In this document: positions 16,552 to 25,575 of the stretch, in pieces
How the letters are laid out: each line of letters begins with the position of its first letter
Position numbering within the stretch: the stretch's first letter is position 1
Origin: a virus
IMG/VR virus record: IMGVR_UViG_3300045988_108826
Direction: 5' to 3' (one strand)
DNA length: 64,000 nt
Notes under the pieces: generated by a model
Told to the model about the DNA's origin: nothing
Database searches by the model: none
The model's input: only the letters and a program-made list of their open reading frames with translations
Translations under genes and position numbers: made by a program

Positions 16552-18495
16552 TTATTTTATATCTACAACAAAATCTTCATCTGTCACAATCATTTTTATT
16601 AACTGATTATTTATTGAAGGTATATTGCTTTCATTGATAAGTTCGCTGTCGTCAATAAACAAAGGTAGATTGATATCATAGAACTTCTGCAATGCTAAAG
16701 CTAAGTCAATACCAATCAACACCTTACTTGCATGGTTTGTAACACTTGCACTTACGCCCATATTGTCTGTGACCTTACAAGTATCAATGACATTTCCCGA
16801 TTTATTTGTTTCAGTCATTTCTACGTGTAGATAATCAAACTTACTATTTACTCTATAAGAAATAATCGAAGCCTTTTCACGCTCATATCTTTCAACCGCA
16901 TTTAGCTTTCCTTCAAGTAAGGCTAATTCAGAAGCACTATCTCTAAGAGATGATTGAAATTCTTTAATCTTATCTATCTGTTTGTCATATTCATCTTTTA
17001 ATCCAAGTTTTTTTGAATTGGCTTCAATATCATTCAAAAGCTCCCTTTTCATATTTTGCAATGCGCTTGTATCTTCACTTGGAATATCCGTTAAATTTGC
17101 CTCATGGTATGCTATAATTCCCAGTTTTTCTTTTCCTTCCTTAGTATCACGATATTTCACAAAATTATTTCGCAAATTATCCAACTCTAAAACAAGCAGT
17201 TCCTTACTCTGCAAAGGTTTTTCTTCATACCCTTTATCTATGATAGCTTGCAATTCTTCTATCTCGGACTTTACTTGCACGATTTTTTCGTTGTTTGATT
17301 TACCTGTTGCCACTATTGATTTGTGTTTTGCTTCGCGCTGTTCAAAGAATCTCTGTTTTGCTTCTTCAAGTTTTTCTCCTTGTAACGGTTGCCCGCAATA
17401 GCTGCAAACTTCACCCTCAAACTGCATTGACTTGACATTTTCGTTTTCTTTGAGAAGAACTTTCCTACATTCCTCGTAAGCTCTCAGTCTTTCTTTCGCT
17501 AATTTTATCTCTTTTTCAGCGTCTTCTAAAACTTGTTTATTTTTTCTATTATCACGTTCTATCTGTGCATTATTACTATCCACATCAGCTATCTGTGTTT
17601 TTATTTTATTGGCTTCGTATATTGGCTTTGTATTGTATTTGTTTTCAGCTTCCGCGTATTCTTGTTTCAACTTGTTTATCTCAGCCAATTCAGCATCTCT
17701 TTTTTTAATATATACTTTTGCTTGCTCGTTACTTCCCAATATTAATTTATCTATACTCTCAATTTGTTTCTTTGCATCTTCTATTTCCTCTCTAATTACA
17801 TCAAGCCCGCTTATGTCAGGTAACGATGATTGAAGAGCATTAATAGTAATTGGTAAACTTTCAATATTCTGTTTAATAGGTTTCATTTGACCTTTAATAC
17901 TTTCCTTGATTTTTTCGGGAGGATATTTATCAAGTTCGTTTTTAATGATTGAATAGTCTCCTTCAAAATCATCATCTTTAATTTCTCCTACTAAATGTTC
18001 AAAAATACCTCTAAGGTATCTCCAATCCATACCTAAGAAATAATTAATATTTAGCATTAATTTTAATTTAGGGAAAGGCGCAAATGTTTCTTCTATAAAC
18101 GATTTATAATCTCCTGCACTTCTCTCAATGCAGTCTATATAAAACTTGTAATCGTCAGTAGCTTTCTTTTCGTATTCCTCACGACCTTTCTTTCTCGTCC
18201 AACCTTGCTTTGCGGTCTTTTTCAGCGTGTATTCTACTCCGTCAATATCCAACACGGCTTCGGCAGATGCAAGTTTTGAGTTTTCGTAAGTAAGCGGCAA
18301 GGTATCATCGAACAATTTGTAGTTGATTCTGTCTTGTTCGTCTGCACCAGTAAGCAACCAAAGCCACGCATTGAAGCAGCTTGACTTACCTGATTTGTTT
18401 CTTCCTTTGATTTCTGTATTGTGACCGAAGTTTATAACTTTGTTCTGTCCTCGCCAATCCTGCAAGGTGAGTTTTTTAAGAGTTATTGTTTTCAT
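16552..18495 (-). CDS. SbcC/Rad50-like (T4 gp46-like) recombination ATPase
   Basis: Has an N-terminal Walker A (GRNKSGKSS), a long coiled coil with a central CSYC zinc-hook-like CxxC, and a C-terminal LPLFIDDSE. Confidence 0.8.
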   Translation of the reverse strand: MKTITLKKLTLQDWRGQNKVINFGHNTEIKGRNKSGKSSCFNAWLWLLTGADEQDRINYKLFDDTLPLTYENSKLASAEAVLDIDGVEYTLKKTAKQGWTRKKGREEYEKKATDDYKFYIDCIERSAGDYKSFIEETFAPFPKLKLMLNINYFLGMDWRYLRGIFEHLVGEIKDDDFEGDYSIIKNELDKYPPEKIKESIKGQMKPIKQNIESLPITINALQSSLPDISGLDVIREEIEDAKKQIESIDKLILGSNEQAKVYIKKRDAELAEINKLKQEYAEAENKYNTKPIYEANKIKTQIADVDSNNAQIERDNRKNKQVLEDAEKEIKLAKERLRAYEECRKVLLKENENVKSMQFEGEVCSYCGQPLQGEKLEEAKQRFFEQREAKHKSIVATGKSNNEKIVQVKSEIEELQAIIDKGYEEKPLQSKELLVLELDNLRNNFVKYRDTKEGKEKLGIIAYHEANLTDIPSEDTSALQNMKRELLNDIEANSKKLGLKDEYDKQIDKIKEFQSSLRDSASELALLEGKLNAVERYEREKASIISYRVNSKFDYLHVEMTETNKSGNVIDTCKVTDNMGVSASVTNHASKVLIGIDLALALQKFYDINLPLFIDDSELINESNIPSINNQLIKMIVTDEDFVVDIK

Positions 18496-18497
18496 AA

Positions 18498-19463
18498 TTA
18501 TTTCATTTCACTGATTAATGCATTTCCACAAGTAATTCTATCACTATCTTCTTCTTTTGAAGGAACAAATACGATGACATCCCATCCTTCTTCTAGCAGC
18601 GGCTGTTCGAATTTGCGGTACACATCATAATCAGCATATCCAGTTACTTCAAAACCATTTTCAATAGCTGAATTTGTTTCATGAATTGGGGTAATTTTTA
18701 CAATAAACTTATTCTTGTCAAATAACTCAGAGAGTTTCTTTGCATCAAGAATAGTCTGTGCAGTTACAGGAAAATTCAAAGTATATTTTCTACCTTTGGG
18801 CATTGGTAAATCTTCAGCTAATTCTGATATTTCAGTTAAAGATAAACTTTTTCTATCAAATAACTGATTTCTTTGTTCGTCATCAGTTGAATTGATAGAG
18901 AACTGAAGTCCTGCTTCACCATTGTAAAAATCATTTTTTATTTCGCACCAAGTAAGAATATACTGTTTCAATTTCTTATTTGCTTTTGGTAGCATAGTAG
19001 ATACTACTGGATGAACAGTCTTTGCTTTTAATCCACAAGTCTTTACAAGTTCTTTCAGCATCATAGAAAAAGCCAGCACATTTTCATTCCAAGTTGGTTC
19101 TCCCATTCTTGCAAAGTGAACATTAAATCGTTCAGTTTCTCTTACATCTTCATTTTTGATAATCATTTTAATTTGATAAGCAAGTTCATTTACTGAAACA
19201 TTACCAAAGAAGCCAAATTTAGGAACATCACAGAATTTACATTTCATCGGGCAACCTTTCTGTGTAGAGATAGTAGCAACCCATTTATTACGCAAATCTA
19301 CTTCTGTGTTAGCTACTCCGTTGATTTCTTTTGTCAGACCGAGAAAGTCAGCCTTGATGTTATTTTCTTTTCCGTAATCACCTACTGTAAGAAATTCAAG
19401 TTTCTTTTCGGTATCTACATAAATCTTTCCTGTGTGAGTTTTAATTGTTTTCATATTATACAT
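18498..19463 (-). CDS. Radical SAM enzyme, RlmN/Cfr-like core
   Basis: Contains CPMKCKFC (CxxxCxxC), then RMGEP, VVSTM, LQFSINS, IVKITPIHE and a C-terminal DRITCGNAL, in the same order as RlmN/Cfr motifs as I recall them. Confidence 0.7.
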   Translation of the reverse strand: MYNMKTIKTHTGKIYVDTEKKLEFLTVGDYGKENNIKADFLGLTKEINGVANTEVDLRNKWVATISTQKGCPMKCKFCDVPKFGFFGNVSVNELAYQIKMIIKNEDVRETERFNVHFARMGEPTWNENVLAFSMMLKELVKTCGLKAKTVHPVVSTMLPKANKKLKQYILTWCEIKNDFYNGEAGLQFSINSTDDEQRNQLFDRKSLSLTEISELAEDLPMPKGRKYTLNFPVTAQTILDAKKLSELFDKNKFIVKITPIHETNSAIENGFEVTGYADYDVYRKFEQPLLEEGWDVIVFVPSKEEDSDRITCGNALISEMK

Positions 19464-19482
19464 TTATTATTTTACGAATGAT

Positions 19483-19689
19483 TTATTCTTCTGTCTTTAT
19501 GATTATCTGATTTGCATATCTCGGATTTACGATTAAATTTCCAATGCTTGAAGTAATCTCAATTTCTCCAAACGGATTTACGTTAATTACGTATTTGTTG
19601 TCTTTCCCATCGTAAATTTCAAGACCGTAGTCTATTTCTTTTACTTCTGTATCGTCTTTAAAATCTCTTTCCTTGTATTTCATATTCAT
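19483..19689 (-). CDS. Small hypothetical protein
   Basis: A 68-aa ORF with a 4-nt overlap to the HTH gene. Confidence 0.6.
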   Translation of the reverse strand: MNMKYKERDFKDDTEVKEIDYGLEIYDGKDNKYVINVNPFGEIEITSSIGNLIVNPRYANQIIIKTEE

Positions 19690-19892
19690 ACCAATTTAAT
19701 ATTTACTCGTTTAACTTCAAGTGCTTTCAAAATTCTATCCAAAGAATCAATGGTAGTATTTCTACCTGCTTCGATATTTCGGAACTGATTTAATGTGATA
19801 CCTGCTCTTTTTGCAAGTTCACTTTTGCTTAATTTCTTCTTTGTTCGTTCTTCGTTTATCAGATTTACTAAAAATTCTTTCATATAATTCAC
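19686..19892 (-). CDS. XRE/Cro-type HTH regulator
   Basis: LSKSELAKRAGITLNQFRNIEAGRNTTIDSL. Confidence 0.8.
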   Translation of the reverse strand: MNYMKEFLVNLINEERTKKKLSKSELAKRAGITLNQFRNIEAGRNTTIDSLDRILKALEVKRVNIKLV

Positions 19893-19947
19893 AATTTTAT
19901 TTGTTACAAATCTACAAATATATTTATTATGAATTGCAAATATATTG

Positions 19948-20307
19948 TTATTTATTGTTAATTGGGTTCTTTTTAAGTTCTGCTATTAGTGCATCGGCAA
20001 TATCAACAGACCATTCGACCACATTTGGGACATAGCATCCACAATCAATTCTACCTCTCTCGTGTTGCAGGTTTATGAAGACCTTAGAGTATTCTTTCGC
20101 CAATTCATATCTTCTCGCTTCCCAATCAACTTTATCTTTATCTAACTCTAATTCTTTTCTGATTTGATTAAATTCTTTAAACTCTTTTTCAACACGTCTG
20201 TTTTCTCTCGTCATTTCAGCCACACATTCCTTACATCTTTTCTTATAAGACTTGCTAAATTCTGATAACGGTTTTTCTTTTCCGCATATTTCGCATACCT
20301 TTTTCAT
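19948..20307 (-). CDS. Zinc-ribbon protein
   Basis: N-terminal CEICGK...CKEC. Confidence 0.65.
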   Translation of the reverse strand: MKKVCEICGKEKPLSEFSKSYKKRCKECVAEMTRENRRVEKEFKEFNQIRKELELDKDKVDWEARRYELAKEYSKVFINLQHERGRIDCGCYVPNVVEWSVDIADALIAELKKNPINNK

Positions 20308-20471
20308 TTTATATCCTTCATATAGTATTTTATCAGTTCAATTTTATCTTTATCACTCATATCCGATTTACAGATATTGTTTATATAGTTCACAATTTTG
20401 TTTACATCAGCAATCGGTACGACTACCGAACGTGGGTCTAATTCGCAAGCCTTGTATTTTCGGAGTTTCAT
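20304..20471 (-). CDS. Small ORF (55 aa, below the ORF-track cutoff)
   Basis: Reads MKLRKYKACELDPRS...YYMKDIK, with an ATGA overlap to the next gene. Confidence 0.45.
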   Translation of the reverse strand: MKLRKYKACELDPRSVVVPIADVNKIVNYINNICKSDMSDKDKIELIKYYMKDIK

Positions 20472-20546
20472 AAATCATCTATCAAAATAAATTCTACCGT
20501 TGTCAACTTTGAATACAACTGAAAATAAGGCACTCTTTAGCATATC

Positions 20547-20747
20547 TCATTCCTCCACTTTTACAAAAACTACATTTTGCTTATCTTCTCTTATGCTAGA
20601 CATACAATTCCCTGCTATATCAGAACATTGCCAACATTCTCCTAGAAAACATTGGTTGCATTGTTTGTATGTATCGTCAGCTTTTACACACTTCAATCTT
20701 AACAGACCTAGTGGAAAAACTTCTCCTATTTGAAATTCCTTTTTCAT
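20547..20747 (-). CDS. Small Cys-rich protein, paralog of 31287..31499
   Basis: KEFQIGEVF..GL..LKC...C..C......C.D.AG.C....REDK..V.FVKVE is shared with the other copy. Confidence 0.65.
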   Translation of the reverse strand: MKKEFQIGEVFPLGLLRLKCVKADDTYKQCNQCFLGECWQCSDIAGNCMSSIREDKQNVVFVKVEE

Positions 20748-20779
20748 ATTAAAGTAGCTTTAATTCGTTAGACATATAT

Positions 20780-21490
20780 TTAATTGATTTTTAATTTTCC
20801 GTTTTCAAGTCGTTCAGCAAATCCTTTTCTATACAGCCTATTCAGCATATTTGTTACTGCTATTTTAGTTGTATGAAATTCTTCTGCTAATTTATATTTA
20901 AAGGTATCAATAGTACCACCGAAATATTCACTTTTATGTTTAAGATAGGAATAAAAGATAAGCAACTCACCTTTCAATCCACTTTCAAGAAGTAAAGGAA
21001 AATATTTTAAATTTTCTACCTTAAAAAGAATTGTGTTTGATTTGTCTAAATATCCGTAAGACCTTAAAAGATAAATACTTAATTCGTAAGACTTTAATGA
21101 TATTCCAATTACTTTTGCTCTTTCTCTGTAAGATGATTTTTGGCCGATTAAATGAATATACATTAAATCACATAATACTATTTTACTATTAGGAGTTAAT
21201 CTCTTATCCCTTAATACATCATAATAAACAACAAACTTATTTACTGATTTATTAGTTAGATTTGCTTTATACTTCCCATGTATCTTTTGATGGCAATTTT
21301 CACAAACAGTCATTAGCAGTTCGTCAGGATAATCCCAATAGTCCTTGCCTTTGATGTAACGAATGTGATGTACGTTTAGTTTGGTATGACTTTTACCACA
21401 TAATTGACACGTGAAATCATCACGCTTCATAATTTCACGACTTCTCTCAACCCATCTTGGGTCGTTCATTTGCTCTTTGTAATCTATCAT
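20780..21490 (-). CDS. HNH nuclease domain plus C-terminal winged-helix-like domain
   Basis: Contains DPRWVERSREIMKRDDFTCQLCGK..LNVHHIRY...VCENCHQKIH. Confidence 0.75.
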   Translation of the reverse strand: MIDYKEQMNDPRWVERSREIMKRDDFTCQLCGKSHTKLNVHHIRYIKGKDYWDYPDELLMTVCENCHQKIHGKYKANLTNKSVNKFVVYYDVLRDKRLTPNSKIVLCDLMYIHLIGQKSSYRERAKVIGISLKSYELSIYLLRSYGYLDKSNTILFKVENLKYFPLLLESGLKGELLIFYSYLKHKSEYFGGTIDTFKYKLAEEFHTTKIAVTNMLNRLYRKGFAERLENGKLKIN

Positions 21491-21530
21491 AATACAACCA
21501 AATTTAATGCAACCAGTTAATAAAACAAAT

Positions 21531-21586
21531 ATAGGAAGAGTGGTTGCTGCTCTTATCGGACAGATAGCTAATAAGTCCTATCCTAT
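21531..21586 (-). promoter_or_regulatory. Y-shaped leader element, copy C
   Basis: Sense strand: ATAGGA-TAGGAC..GTCCGA-AAGAG..CTCT-TCCTAT. Confidence 0.45.
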
Positions 21587-21675
21587 ATTCGGTTGTAAAT
21601 ATAATAAATTACTTTGATATATGCAAATTGTTTTTAAACTTTTAAGCCAAATGGCAAGAAAGATAATTTAAGTTT

Positions 21676-22140
21676 TTATTCCATTAGGTCATACATAAAC
21701 TCGTAGAAATCCTGATATACTTTCGGAGTTTCATTTATTTGCAGTTCATGGTCTTGAATTGTAATAATAAAACCATCGTCTATGGCATAATAACTAACTA
21801 CCTTTTTTCTTCCGTTCTTGTCAAGTCTTACCTTTAACTCGTATGTAACCGTAGAAGTCTTGTCATTTTCAAGTCTAGTCTTTATGTTATTCAGTTTCTC
21901 CTTTTGACTATCAAGCATAATATCTTTCAATGATTCAATTCTGCCTATTATATCCAGTGCATCTTTGTTGCATAACGTATCAATAGGCTCTATGCTTGTT
22001 ATACTTTCAAATTCAGAAGGATTGTCAAAGTCCGTTCTCACATAGTTCATAAACTCGTCCTTTACATAATCTTCTGCCGTTTTTTCTGCACATGACATCA
22101 AGGCAAATACGGCAAATGCTGATAAAAATATCTTTTTCAT
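21676..22140 (-). CDS. Lipoprotein (possible spanin or exclusion protein)
   Basis: The signal peptide MKKIFLSAFAVFALMSC has a lipobox Cys. The gene lies just downstream of the endolysin. Confidence 0.7.
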   Translation of the reverse strand: MKKIFLSAFAVFALMSCAEKTAEDYVKDEFMNYVRTDFDNPSEFESITSIEPIDTLCNKDALDIIGRIESLKDIMLDSQKEKLNNIKTRLENDKTSTVTYELKVRLDKNGRKKVVSYYAIDDGFIITIQDHELQINETPKVYQDFYEFMYDLME

Positions 22141-22144
22141 AATT

Positions 22145-22588
22145 CTACTTATTAATTAATTCCTTATACTTCTTTTCAATATCCCTATGATAGCTATAAT
22201 TCGCTCTAGGATTGTGTAGCTTAATTGCTAGATGTAAGTCTTTCTCAGGATTGAAATATGACTGATACAAGTTAAACATTTCAATAGACTTACTTCTGCT
22301 ATATCGGTCGGATAGCTTGTACTTCTCATGTCCGGCAATCTTATTGCATTGCTTCAAGTAAATAGGGGTTATCTGCAAGCATCCTACTGCATTGCTTTTG
22401 TGGTTTACAGAATTATCATTTCCTCTGCTCTCTCTCCAAATTATAGCTTCTATTAATTTGTTCCAATCCACGGTTTGTTTTTCTATCCTTACAACCTCTA
22501 TACAATCCTTTTCTTCAGGAATAGTTTTTGCCCAAATAAACGATGTTATTAGGCATGATATTAATGCGGTTATTATGGTATCTTTCAT
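22145..22588 (-). CDS. Lytic transglycosylase (SLT-domain) endolysin with an N-terminal signal-anchor
   Basis: The IIWRESRGNDNSVNHKSNAVGCLQITP motif is present, preceded by a hydrophobic N-terminus. Confidence 0.8.
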   Translation of the reverse strand: MKDTIITALISCLITSFIWAKTIPEEKDCIEVVRIEKQTVDWNKLIEAIIWRESRGNDNSVNHKSNAVGCLQITPIYLKQCNKIAGHEKYKLSDRYSRSKSIEMFNLYQSYFNPEKDLHLAIKLHNPRANYSYHRDIEKKYKELINK

Positions 22589-22598
22589 AACTTAATCC

Positions 22599-22979
22599 TT
22601 AATATTTATTCTCACTCTCTTTATTTCTCTCATACCAAGACATCTTCTTTCCGAACTCTTCGTCATATTCGTACTTTTCGTTCAAGTTACTCATGTTAAA
22701 TCGCTTCGACTTATTCAGCAAATACAAGCATCTTTGCGTGTGTTTCTTGTCGTATTCTTCCTTATTCCCTTTCTTGTGGTGGAATGATTCAAGCACACAA
22801 GTTTCCGCTTCGATAAGCTGGTTTAATCTGTCCTCTTTAATGCTATTAAGATATTCGACATAGCAAGCGTTCAAATCAATAAAATCTATCTTGTCTTTCA
22901 GCATCAAAGCAAGTAAGCCGTATTTAATTTCCTGCTTTGGCTTTTTACATAACTCTTCCAATAGTTCAAATGTGCTCAT
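22599..22979 (-). CDS. Hypothetical protein
   Basis: A 126-aa ORF. Confidence 0.65.
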   Translation of the reverse strand: MSTFELLEELCKKPKQEIKYGLLALMLKDKIDFIDLNACYVEYLNSIKEDRLNQLIEAETCVLESFHHKKGNKEEYDKKHTQRCLYLLNKSKRFNMSNLNEKYEYDEEFGKKMSWYERNKESENKY

Positions 22980-22982
22980 AAT

Positions 22983-23330
22983 TCAATCCTTTATAATTTC
23001 TATTATTTTTGAATGCCCTTTGTTACAAGTATATCCGAATCCTTGCTTATATCTTAACAATACCTTATCACCTAATTTAGGCATATTCTTCTGATTGAAG
23101 CCGATATTACCTAACAATGTGGCTTTATATCTACCTTCTTTATCCTCAACGATAAAGACAAATCTATTAGAAACTGCTCCCCATGAGTTAGAACTTCTGT
23201 GAACAACCACACCGCGCCAAAATACATAAGGCTTTTTCTTTTCCCTATCCAATGATTCGGCAACCTTATTTAATTGCCTTCTCTTTAACTCTTCTATTAA
23301 TTGGCTATCGGTACATTCTGACAAATCCAT
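22983..23330 (-). CDS. Hypothetical protein
   Basis: A 115-aa ORF. Confidence 0.65.
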   Translation of the reverse strand: MDLSECTDSQLIEELKRRQLNKVAESLDREKKKPYVFWRGVVVHRSSNSWGAVSNRFVFIVEDKEGRYKATLLGNIGFNQKNMPKLGDKVLLRYKQGFGYTCNKGHSKIIEIIKD

Positions 23331-23711
23331 AATACTCTAAATTTACTATCTTATTTGCTCTAATTTCAATTATCTCTACTTATACTATATAATTACACTA
23401 TTAATAAAAGAAAGTCGCTAAAATAGGCTTATATAAAATTATCTGTTGGGCTTGCAAGCTGAATTAACACTTTCACCTAAAATTGCCAAAAACATAAGTA
23501 CGATAAATAACATGGTTCAGTCCTCCCAATTCTTTAAGTTTTCCATTAATTCGATTAATTCATCCTCTCCGACATTCTTATTGTCTATTGCGTCAATTAT
23601 CTTTTCGGTTTCTTCACCTGTATAATTCAAGTAGTTCAGCAATTAATATTTTATTTTTACCGTTATTTACTATTGCATAAAATTTAACATTCATAATTCA
23701 ATCTCCTATAA

Positions 23712-24461
23712 TTAAAGTTCATAAATATTTCTTAAACTATTATACATAGCACGTGCTCTCTTTTTATCAAAAGGTAGTCCGCTTGAAGTAACTTTGCCAC
23801 GTTTATTCAGTTCGTCTGCAATAGGTTGGAAGTTCGTATTTGCGGTTATCTTTCCGTGAATCATTTGATAGTCCGTTATAAACTCCCAAAAAGCCTTATT
23901 TGCCGGATTCATACGAGCTTTTTCTCGTCTAATCTGTGCTGATGCTTGGGAAGCTTCACTAATTGCCTTAGTTCGGTCTGTATTTCCTTTTTTGCTCCCC
24001 CAAAGGTTATTTGTACCGCCTATCTCTTTATGGTTTGCTTTTCTTGCATCCAAACCCGCTTTAGTTCGTTGCCTGATGTTATTCAATTCAATTTCAGCAG
24101 CAAGCGACAAGGCAAACAATAACGCTTTCCCTCCGATAGATTTATTCTCTATAATTGTACCGTCTTTAGCCTGAACGATAGTTATTTCTCTTTCGCTTGC
24201 CTCTGTAATAATCTGAAATAGGTCAGACATATTTCTCCCCAAACGTGATAATTCACTGATATAAATTGTACTACCTTTGTCACATTGCTTTAATAGTTCA
24301 TTCAGCTTTCTTTCTGTATGCTTTACAGACCCGCTAACCTTTTCAACAACTTGCAATAGTTCGGCTGTTTCATTTATACGGCTTAAATAGTCCGTGATAC
24401 ATTGCATTTGCTGGGTGAAGTCTTGTGCTTCTGAACTTACACGAAGATATAGATATTTCAT
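23712..24461 (-). CDS. Small serine recombinase (resolvase/invertase family)
   Basis: Contains MKYLYLRVSSEAQD (catalytic Ser), ISELSRLGRN and IRQRTKAGL. Confidence 0.85.
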   Translation of the reverse strand: MKYLYLRVSSEAQDFTQQMQCITDYLSRINETAELLQVVEKVSGSVKHTERKLNELLKQCDKGSTIYISELSRLGRNMSDLFQIITEASEREITIVQAKDGTIIENKSIGGKALLFALSLAAEIELNNIRQRTKAGLDARKANHKEIGGTNNLWGSKKGNTDRTKAISEASQASAQIRREKARMNPANKAFWEFITDYQMIHGKITANTNFQPIADELNKRGKVTSSGLPFDKKRARAMYNSLRNIYEL

Positions 24462-24468
24462 AATTCAA

Positions 24469-24666
24469 TCAATCTAATTTTGTCAATAACTCATTTATTT
24501 GCTTTTGAATGTCGCTTATTGCATCCCTTATTTCCGCTTTCTTTTTTGAATGAAGCGTACTAAAGTTGTAACCGTTTAGTGCGGTCAATGTATCGTGAAA
24601 CATTTCCATTTCACACATGTAGCCGAACAAAATAGTTCGTTTTATCTGCTTTTCTTTGTCGGACAT
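24469..24666 (-). CDS. Small hypothetical protein
   Basis: A 65-aa ORF. Confidence 0.6.
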   Translation of the reverse strand: MSDKEKQIKRTILFGYMCEMEMFHDTLTALNGYNFSTLHSKKKAEIRDAISDIQKQINELLTKLD

Positions 24667-24669
24667 GGT

Positions 24670-24963
24670 TTAATACAAATTATCGTATAGTTCACTCATA
24701 TATTCAATAAATTCACTCTTTGTCTTGTATGATTCAAAACCTAAAGCAGAAAGAAATTTACGCTTACTTTGTACACTTGATAAATCGGCGTTCTCATTGC
24801 AAAAATCCTGAACACTTCCGCTATTGTCATATAGCCACAGTTCAAACAAAGAATCATTCTTGTCTGGAATAGACTTAAATAGTTCACTAAATAATTCTTT
24901 CTTTTGCTTTTCTTTTAGCTTTTCTAAACTATCGAGTAGCTCGTTAAATAATTCCTTTTCCAT
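24670..24963 (-). CDS. Small acidic hypothetical protein
   Basis: A 97-aa ORF. Confidence 0.65.
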   Translation of the reverse strand: MEKELFNELLDSLEKLKEKQKKELFSELFKSIPDKNDSLFELWLYDNSGSVQDFCNENADLSSVQSKRKFLSALGFESYKTKSEFIEYMSELYDNLY

Positions 24964-25083
24964 AAATTCAGTAAAATAAATTTACCAACACGCCGTTTAA
25001 ATCTCTGTTTCGCTTGTATATTCCTCTAGTGATATGTATTTTTATATCTGAATATCCGCAAACATCTTTGAAAGAAAGCACTT

Positions 25084-25263
25084 TTATAAACCATCTTTTT
25101 CGTTTGCATAACATTTTAAATGACTCGTATTTTTACATTCATTTATCAAGTCATTCAGAAAATAATTTGATAAATCAGGCGAAAAGAACTGTTTCACTTC
25201 GTTTGTGTTTCTTTTAAATTCACTATCTAATATTGAATTTAAAAAAGATTTTAGTTTTTCCAT
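25084..25263 (-). CDS. Small ORF (59 aa, below the ORF-track cutoff)
   Basis: MEKLKSFLNSILDSEF... is co-oriented with the block. The tracked plus-strand ORF 25014..25217 is probably its shadow. Confidence 0.4.
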   Translation of the reverse strand: MEKLKSFLNSILDSEFKRNTNEVKQFFSPDLSNYFLNDLINECKNTSHLKCYANEKDGL

Positions 25264-25344
25264 ATAGTTCAGTGATTAAAATTTCGTGCCCGCTTTCAGA
25301 CCTCACACTGACGGGAAGGTTTCAAACCTTTGCGGGCTATATTG

Positions 25345-25575
25345 TTACACTCTGTTTCCGTATAAATTCAACTTTGCGTTGTTAATTTCACGTACCGTTA
25401 TTTCATTGCCTAAAGAATCGTACTTTATGTATTTGTAGTGACAATTTCTAAGGTTGTGAAATACTTTCGCTTTCTTTGCGCTTGCAAACGTTTCATTAAC
25501 CTGATATTTGCGCCAAATTGCAGCCGTGAATCTAGGTGCAACGTTTTTCAATTCGGATATAATTATAATTTCCAT
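25345..25575 (-). CDS. Small hypothetical protein
   Basis: A 76-aa ORF. Confidence 0.6.
   Translation of the reverse strand: MEIIIISELKNVAPRFTAAIWRKYQVNETFASAKKAKVFHNLRNCHYKYIKYDSLGNEITVREINNAKLNLYGNRV

Noticed and set aside
25014-25217. A 67-aa plus-strand ORF.
   Set aside because: It runs against the orientation of the surrounding minus-strand block, and a co-oriented 59-aa minus-strand ORF (25084..25263) explains the open frame better.
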